A stretch of 29,692 bases of DNA from Nitrospirota bacterium (GTDB lineage: Bacteria > Nitrospirota > UBA9217). Under the pieces are notes generated by a model, which was not told the DNA's origin, did no database searches, and worked only from the letters and a program-made list of their open reading frames with translations. Location of the stretch: assembly GCA_041484215.1 (NCBI GenBank), contig JBGPHF010000001.1, positions 1 to 29,692 on the forward strand, written 5' to 3'. Position numbers and translations under genes: made by a program. This document shows, piece after piece, positions 11,001 to 16,800 of this stretch (its first letter is position 1; every line of letters begins with the position of its first letter).

Positions 11001-13753
11001 TCATTGTGGGTAACTTGCCCTTGGTCTATGCGCTGAAGACCGTTCAGCTTGCCGTGGACGCCAATAGCAATGGGTACGTTGATCCGGGCGACACGCTTCA
11101 ATACACCATCACCGTGACCAACTCCGGGGGCACTCCGGCGACGGGCGTGATATTGACCGACGCCGTTCCTGTCGATACCACGTATGTGGCCAACAGTTCC
11201 AGGTTGAATGGTTCGGCTGTGGCGGATCCCGGCGCCGGTATATCACCTCTCGTCAATGGCATGGGTGTCGTTTCCTCCGGCCTCACGCCGCCGTCGCCCC
11301 CGTCGAACGGCGGCACCCTGGCAGCAGGCGGCACGGGCATCGTGACCTTCAAAGTAACGGTCACCGGGGGCGTGGCTTCGGGAACGATCATCAGCAACCA
11401 GGGCAGCGTGGCTACCGCGCAGTTGCCGACGCTGCTGACTGACTCGGACGGCAACCCGACCAACGGTTTTCAGCCGACCGTTATCACGGTAGGGAACGCG
11501 CAAGAGCTCTCCATCACCAAATCCGTGGTCGTGGTGGGCGGCGGCGCCGCACTGCCGGGAAGCGTGCTGGAGTACACCATCCAGGCCACCAATATCGGCA
11601 TGGTTCCGGCCACCAACGTCGTGATTACGGATGACCTGACCCAGCTTTCGGCTCAGACCGCCTATGTAGCCAATTCCGCGACCATGAACGGCTCCACCAA
11701 CGGTGTGAGTTTCGCATCGCCGGTGGTCACGGCGAATTACGGCACCACCTACGGCACGCTTGCACCGGGCAGCTCGGTCATCGTGCGGTTTGACGTCAAG
11801 TTGAACAACGCAGTGGCAACCGGGACCACTGTTACCAATACCGCACAGGTTAGCTGGAATTCGCCCCCCCAGATCTTAAATGCGAGTGTATCCGTTACTG
11901 TCGGCGCTATACCGGGCAGCGCGAGCTTGAACGGTTCGGTTTGGCAGGACGTGAACTTCAACAACTCACAGGACAGCGGCGAGCTTGCTCTCGCCGGGTG
12001 GGCCGTGGACTTGTACGAGAATGGGAAAGTGCAGGGCACGGTTTCTACCGCTGCCGACGGTTCCTATCATATCTTTGGTGTGACGCCGAACGCGGCAACC
12101 TCGATCCAGTACGAGCTTCGTTTCCGCGCGCCGGGCGCGGGTTCGAAGACGGCCATGCTGGGCCGGGCTAATGGCCCATACCCCTCCTTCGTCTACGACT
12201 TGCAGCGCATTTCGAACATCGTCGCCGGTTCGGACAGCGTTCTGCAGAATCTGAACCTTCCGCTGACCCCCAACGGCGTGGTGTACAACTCGGTGACGCG
12301 TGCGCCGATCTCGGGTGCGGCACTGATCATGGTCCAGGCGTCGACCAAGGCGCCGCTGCCGAGCAGCTGCTTCAACGATCCGGCGCAGCAGGGCCAGGTC
12401 ACACTGAGCAGCGGTTATTACAAGTTCGACCTCAACTTCAGTGGTTCTTCCTGCCCAGCCCCCGGTGGAGACTATCTGATTCAGACCACGCCGCCGGCGG
12501 GCTACACCGCGGGCTTGTCGAAAATAATCCCGCCGAAGTCGAGCGACGGCACGGCGGCGATCTCTCTCCCGACCTGTCTCTGGAACGGCAGTTCCGCGGA
12601 CGCGGTGACGAGCACGCCGAATTATTGCGAGGCGCAAGTCTCCGACCTGGCGCCCGCCACTTCTGCGACGGATACAACCTACTACGTGCATCTCACAATA
12701 GCGCAGAACATCGCGCTGCCTGAAGCAAGCCAGATCTACAATAACCACATCGCGATCGATCCGGCGCTCAGAACGGAAGTTTCGATTAAAAAAACGGCAG
12801 CGCTCCTCAATGTCACGCGCGGGCAACTGGTTCCGTACACGATCACGGTCACGGTCAATAACACGGTCAGCGTGCTGGTTGCGAGCCTCGTGGATATCTT
12901 CCCTCCCGGCTTCAAATATGTCGATCAGTCCGCGCGTTTCGACGGCAGCCCGCTCGAGCCCGTAAAAACCGCACGTGAGCTGCGCTGGGAGAATCTGCAG
13001 CTGACGGGCGGTGCAAATTCCACGACTCACACCATCAAACTCCTTCTTATTGTCGGCGCGGGCGTAAGGGAAGGTGAGTACGTCAACAACGCGCAAATAA
13101 GAAACGCCGCGGGTGAAGCGCTGTCGGCGACGGCGACCGTGCGCATCGTGCCGGACCCCACCTTCGACTGCACGGACATCATCGGCAAGGTCTTCGATGA
13201 CGCCAACGCCAACGGCTACCCCGATCCCGATGAAAAAGGTTTGGGCGGGGTGCGGATCGTGAGTGCGCGCGGTCTTATTGCTACGACGGACAAGGAAGGC
13301 CGTTTCCACATCACCTGCGCGGCGGTCCCCAATGAGGATCGCGGCGGCAACTTCATCTTAAAGGTCGATGACCGCACGCTGCCGACGGGGTATCGCATCA
13401 CCACGGAAAACCCGCTCGTACAAAGAGTCACACGCGGCAAAGCGATAAAATTCAACTTCGGCGCGACGCTGCACCGCGTGGTGAGCCTGGATATTGCGGA
13501 TGGCGTGTTCGAGCCGGGATCGACCGAGATGCGGCAGCAATGGAAACCGAGGCTCGAAATATTGCTGAGCGAATTGGGCAAAGCGCCTGCAATTCTCCGT
13601 ATCTCGTATCTCGCGGACGTAGAGGACCCGGCAGTTGTGAAGGCGCGTACGGAGGCGGTTAAGCGTCTCATCGCAAAACGGTGGGAGGGAAGCTACGAAT
13701 TGACGATCGAGACGGAGATCTTCTGGCGGCGGGGCGGACCGCCGGACAAATGA
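5075..13753 (+). CDS. Giant secreted DUF11 (conserved repeat / isopeptide-forming CnaB-like) adhesin-like protein with SdrD-B-like domains and a C-terminal OmpA-like remnant
   Basis: 2892 aa with a long signal peptide (FGFPLLLLFALALGNAHSAQA-A). Fourteen domains share the pattern xK(T/S)...Gxx(V/L/F)xY(T/x)(I/L)...D(x)(L/I/V)P...NxA. SdrD-B-like motifs are present (GSVWQDVNFNNSQDSGE, GKVFDDANANGYPDPDEKGL). Composition is Thr/Asn/Gly/Ala-rich. Start could be 5075, 5087 or 5111. Confidence 0.9.
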   Translation: MSQPMREQEKLRMCSNHKAWRESFLTALAARARFGFPLLLLFALALGNAHSAQAATVLCSQFSEGGVPGIVDGFDPATLAIIQSSSTFGIDMNCTVKNFPQSMGGFPITNINFNFPGQQSFYIVFDNVYYPGNMSCNDPTQSTFWIYWAPGGFNNISSKCQSFMVPVDAVLKQDPPAQSTAAIGVPFTYTITAPLLGQLDSTGTFQYVANFDTNDIANVVITDDLTTNPGVALSYVTNTAYLVSSSGIRTPMGTLTLGASSTWLTNHPGILSDTTKHLVFSYENNSSLASIPAGNHIEIDLTVILDNNPTTVNVAGTQFSNTSNAWFNKTINSTPLVDLQAWPGTTPVMTIIEPNLQVTKTSTATNLNVGTRAPYTINVQNTGSSDAWNATITDNIPAGMCAFDPTSTVTARIFAADGTTLVSNLVNGADFSVTWNGGTASACQLSLAMLTAAAKIGPTQRLIINYQAMLDVGISSGTFTNVAGATQWFSAANPPYTGRREYDRILTNGTPGVADFQDAYTVTAAVAGYFFLKSVQDLTTGVSTYSAATPLTAFSGDRVRYTLQLQNFNIPELDTIVITDDLGAQNASAVFVSGTLSLAGSNLPAGSTLTINPTGGTNGAGTVTISGLTLKSGDQYQVQFDVTLASPLANGTIVTNQANITGTNVSGAVSGVSDDPHINGPALLGTTGDETPITIQAPGALSKTSPIPATATIGQQFSYLITVPATPVSMPLYDVQIQDTLPPNVSFVSAQMQSGGAWNLTGTGTAPLIIKDPTTGGIDIPANGQAVVRVTVALQNTITNISGVSFTNSATYTYDKSNGASSTQGTGAAGTANMNIIEPHLTAAKTVSYASPSGQAITVPARVGDILQYRVTVTNNGNSEAFDADVIDTLPSNLLLNGTPAAQINGVSVAGFIPTPATLPGGTVAWGSQYNNDDSLDIPVGQSLVLTFQAQVLSVDGSSISNTAWAAWTSLDGGISGERTGSGCPAVTSPNNYCTSPAAAIPVPTVDPTSFAKSVVSDTWTTAPSTGTDSTLRVGDTVVYSLALTLREGVTQNVVVTDQLPANLAFDSMVSIAPASGGNFTYAVFTQPTAGDTGTLTWNLGNITNAVDNNAANNTIVIEYRVRVMNTVAQTPTVRALLNNATLYYSINSVAATKTAGATINLWQPMLSVSKSAAPGGGGTVISAGELITYTVNITNNGSAPAYNTVLTDTLPVGLRQAGVTTTSITLVNAGTVLPALNAPYFSYNNATGVATWNFDTGVAGAYAVPPGETLRVVYQVTADGTLGAGTTLNNQALVQHYYSLDSQDPNGGYRKDYFATSPSVAQLTSVSPMALSKNALVTTAAIGQPFTYQIMIPSSPQPTALYDVHVTDNLSLATTGVSLSFVSVNAHLVSNTQSWATLSNSGTAVNLNLSDPANGLDIPANDQLVVSITVVLTNDTVNNTIGKVFQNTANYTFDSINNDTTSVKNGAPGTSGSITIVGPVLIMQKSGPGTMHVGLLGAFTLNVQNTGGSTAWNTTLTDILPNVTSPPTGGMCGSAPTSITARIYQADGVTPVSAQLVSGTDFSVSFAGAPTCTLTLAMKSSAAVIPATDRLIVTYSVSLDPNTASGMALTNIAGATQWLSADPAVTASGNVATYPGPLTNGTPGVSDNQDAFTVTTESPVLTFTKTVYDVTTGQSGANAKPGDTLKYTLTIQNLSPVNATNFSLTDELDKLNTTAMFVPGSLILLTVPTGANTTLTSATGGTKGTGLVSIRNLSIDPQGGANDKLVIEFQAALTPVITSGAIVLNQAQTGSSILQTQLSDDPSITGTANPTQTLIASAPAFRVLKTVQDITSGASTVMAGDTLRYTITVKNIGTENAVGVTLRDLVPAYTTYVANSTKLNGAAVADSGAGVSALQNGMLINSPANLTAGAMPANAGATTTNVATITFNVQISQNVVNGTIISNQGFVDGSGTNGPFPELPSDNPATPIPNDPTSVIVGNLPLVYALKTVQLAVDANSNGYVDPGDTLQYTITVTNSGGTPATGVILTDAVPVDTTYVANSSRLNGSAVADPGAGISPLVNGMGVVSSGLTPPSPPSNGGTLAAGGTGIVTFKVTVTGGVASGTIISNQGSVATAQLPTLLTDSDGNPTNGFQPTVITVGNAQELSITKSVVVVGGGAALPGSVLEYTIQATNIGMVPATNVVITDDLTQLSAQTAYVANSATMNGSTNGVSFASPVVTANYGTTYGTLAPGSSVIVRFDVKLNNAVATGTTVTNTAQVSWNSPPQILNASVSVTVGAIPGSASLNGSVWQDVNFNNSQDSGELALAGWAVDLYENGKVQGTVSTAADGSYHIFGVTPNAATSIQYELRFRAPGAGSKTAMLGRANGPYPSFVYDLQRISNIVAGSDSVLQNLNLPLTPNGVVYNSVTRAPISGAALIMVQASTKAPLPSSCFNDPAQQGQVTLSSGYYKFDLNFSGSSCPAPGGDYLIQTTPPAGYTAGLSKIIPPKSSDGTAAISLPTCLWNGSSADAVTSTPNYCEAQVSDLAPATSATDTTYYVHLTIAQNIALPEASQIYNNHIAIDPALRTEVSIKKTAALLNVTRGQLVPYTITVTVNNTVSVLVASLVDIFPPGFKYVDQSARFDGSPLEPVKTARELRWENLQLTGGANSTTHTIKLLLIVGAGVREGEYVNNAQIRNAAGEALSATATVRIVPDPTFDCTDIIGKVFDDANANGYPDPDEKGLGGVRIVSARGLIATTDKEGRFHITCAAVPNEDRGGNFILKVDDRTLPTGYRITTENPLVQRVTRGKAIKFNFGATLHRVVSLDIADGVFEPGSTEMRQQWKPRLEILLSELGKAPAILRISYLADVEDPAVVKARTEAVKRLIAKRWEGSYELTIETEIFWRRGGPPDK
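5582..11920 (+). repeat. Array of 13 consecutive DUF11-type domain repeats (a 14th starts at about 12779)
   Basis: Approximate repeat starts: 5582, 6140, 6662, 7172, 7595, 8105, 8573, 9065, 9518, 10058, 10538, 11024, 11507. Each begins with a Lys-containing strand and has a DxL/IP-type motif and a late NxA/G motif. Confidence 0.85.
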
Positions 13754-13756
13754 TAA

Positions 13757-13798
13757 GAAACACCTTTGACTTGTTTCATGGTTGCCGGTTTATCCGGC
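13757..13798 (+). other. Two short inverted repeats in the adhesin/OmpA-barrel intergenic region
   Basis: GAAACA(13757-62)/TGTTTC(13772-77) and GCCGG(13784-88)-TTTAT-CCGGC(13794-98). No U-tract follows, so this is not a canonical terminator. Confidence 0.3.
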
Positions 13799-13816
13799 TA
13801 AGGTAATGCAAAGCAA

Positions 13817-16800
13817 ATGTTGAAACGTATCCTCATAATCGCGGTTTCCTGTCTCGTTTCCGCCGTTGCAATAGCGGAAACGAATACGGCTGCTGTTTCA
13901 TCCCCGCCCGCGGCTTCGGGAACGGGGGTGACGGAGTCGCCCCCCCTCGGCCAGGCGGTCGAGAAACAGGAGGGGACCGATCAGCCGCGCACCGTATGGG
14001 GACGCGACGGGGACGCGGACGGCAAGCAGGGTGACAAAGTCGAAACGAAGAAGGTCCTGGAGAAAGCGGTAAAGACCATCAAATTGCAGAACCTCGTCCC
14101 GCCGATCCACTTTGCGTCCGGAGAAGCGGAGATTCCCGAAGGCTATGTCCAGCGTTTGCGCGACGTGCTCGACGGCATGAAGGGACGCGACAACGTCCGG
14201 TTGCATTTTGTGGGGTACTCGGACAACGCGCGGCTGTTCGGCAAAGTGAAACAAAAGTACGGCGACAACCTCACCTTATCGCGGGAACGGGCGGGAGTCA
14301 CCGCCGAGTATTTCCAGAAGGCCCTCCATCTTCCGCCCGAGTCGATCACGTACGAGGGTATGGGCGAATCCCAGCCGATAGCGAGCAACGCCACCAAGGA
14401 AGGCAAGGCACAGAATCGGCGGGTCGAAGTAGAGGTCTGGTACGACGAGATCACCGACAAGCTCGTGGACAAAGAGGTGGTGGTTACGGAGCAGACGAAT
14501 CGCGTAAAAGTCTGCCGCGTCGAGACGGTCTGTAAGCTGCGCTACAAGGAAGGACACTCCAAGCGTGCCCGCATCAAGAACCTGGTGGAGTCTCTTCACT
14601 TCGATGATGACACGACGGCCATCCCCGATGAATTCGTCCGGAAAATGCGGCAGGCGCTCGCCAACCTGGCGACAAAACAGCACGTCGTCGTCAACTTCAT
14701 CGGATACACCGACAACCTGCCCCTCTCGGGGCGGGCCGAGCGCGTCTACGGCAACGCGGTTGCCTTGTCGAAGGCGCGGGCGCGGCGGGCGTCTCTGGCC
14801 ATTCAGGATGCGCTGAAACTCCCAACGTCGGGAATCGACGTGGACGGCAGGGGCGGGGCCAATCCCATCGCCTCGAACGACACCGAGAAAGGGCGGGCGC
14901 TGAACCGGCGCATCGAAGTCGAATTCTGGTATGACGACGCCCTGCAGGAGCTGTCGGACGAGCCGCAGCTCTGCCCGGGGGCCGCGGGTGCGGAAACCGT
15001 GACCCGCGTGTACGATTCGCCGGTTGGCGGCGTCAAGCCGATCCTCTTCGAGCAGGGAAAACCGGTCGTTACGCCGGAGCAGCTGGAGCGCATGCTCGGC
15101 AGCATGGACGAGATCCGCGATAAAACGAGAGTGCGTTTGCGCTTCATCGGCTATACGAACGACGAGCGTCTCGCGCGCCGCACCGCAATGGTATACGGCG
15201 ACGATATCGGTCTTTCGACCGCACGCGCCCGGCGGGCCATGAATGCCGTCGAAGAACAGTTGGGTCTTACGGAGGAGCAGGTGGAGTTCGAGGGTCGCGG
15301 TTATGTGCAAGCGGCTGACGTGGTCAATACGGGCTTTATCGAGTCCGATACGGCGCGCGTCGAAGTTCAGGTCGTGTATGACGAACTGATGGCGCTTGAC
15401 AACACCGAGGGAGTGGACATTACGCGCTTCACGCGTGAGGTCGCTCCGAAGGACCCCCTCGCGCTGAACCTCATGCGCATCACCGTCGACGGCAAACCGG
15501 TCGACGATCCGAACAAGGGCATCGCCGATATCGAGCGGTGCACCGACGTGGCGCTGGACAAGGCGAACGTGCAGTTCAAGTTCGACAACCTGGAGCTGAA
15601 ACCCCGGCTCACCGCGACGGCCTGGCCGAATTCCATCCGTTATCAGGATGACCCGGAAACGGAATACCCGGAGAACCTGATGTGGTTCCGCACGTACACG
15701 AACTACGCCGCGTTCATCAAGAGATCGGAAATCCGCATCTTCGACGCACAGGAGTCGGTAAACGGAACACCCCTTGCGGTCATCGAGGTGGGCAAGGACG
15801 GCCGCGCGGAATGGCAGCCGACTTTCCCGGCATACAAGGCCCCGGGGCTCGAATTGAAATACGTGCTGCGTGTCTCCGACGCCGCGAATCATTTCGACGA
15901 GACGAAGCCGCAGCCGATCTGGATCACGAACAGGCAGGATTCCGATATTCAGGATCAAGACGCAGAGGAAGAGTTGCTGGTCGGTTACGGCGAGAATAGC
16001 CTCGCAACGGACAACATCCCGAAAAAAGGCGGGACGATCAAGGTCTACGGCAGCGCGGTCCCGGCTGATCATTCGGTGTTTGTGGCAGGCCGCGCGGTGC
16101 CGGTCGGGGAGGAAGGCAAGTTCGTTACGGAAGAAATTTTGCCGTTGGGCGTGCACACTGTCGAGGTGGCGATACTCGATACATCGGGGAACGGCGACCT
16201 GTTCCTGCGCGATCTCGACCTGAAAAAGAACGACTGGTTTTACGTCGGCATCGCCGATGTCACGGTTGCCCGGGATAAGACGACCGGCCCGGCGCGGCTC
16301 GTTACCAACGATCAGACGCACTACAACAACGAGCTCAGTTACGACGGCCGGCTGGCCTACTACACCAAGGGCAAGTTCGGCGAGGGCTGGGAGTTGACCT
16401 CAAGCGCGGACACGCTCGAAGGACCGGTCAAAGACATCTTCGGCAACCTGGGGGACAAGTCACCCGACTCATTGTTCCGGCGCATCGATCCGCAGTATTA
16501 CTATCCTACCTACGGAGACGACGGCAGCGTGGAGGAGGGGGCGCCGACGCTCGGCAAATTCTATCTCAAATTGAAGAAGGACGAGAGCTACGGACTGTGG
16601 GGCAACTTCAAGATCGCCTACAACGACAATGATCTGGCGCACGTCGATCGCGGCTTGTACGGCGCAAATGTCCATTATCAAACGCAAGCGACGACGAGCT
16701 TCGGCGAGAAGCGTTTCCTGATCGACGGCTTTGCCGCGCAACCGGGCACGGTCGGAACGCGGGACGAGTATCTGGGCACCGGCGGTTCGCTCTATTACCT

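Noticed and set aside
5075-13753. Autotransporter, T1SS RTX adhesin or sortase-anchored protein
   Set aside because: No C-terminal barrel, no GGxGxD repeats and no LPXTG/TM/basic tail; a Sec-type signal peptide is present.
13766-13794. Internal promoter TTGACT-N17-TTTATC before the barrel gene (a similar pair occurs before ligA)
   Set aside because: The -10 match is poor; it cannot be supported without TSS data.
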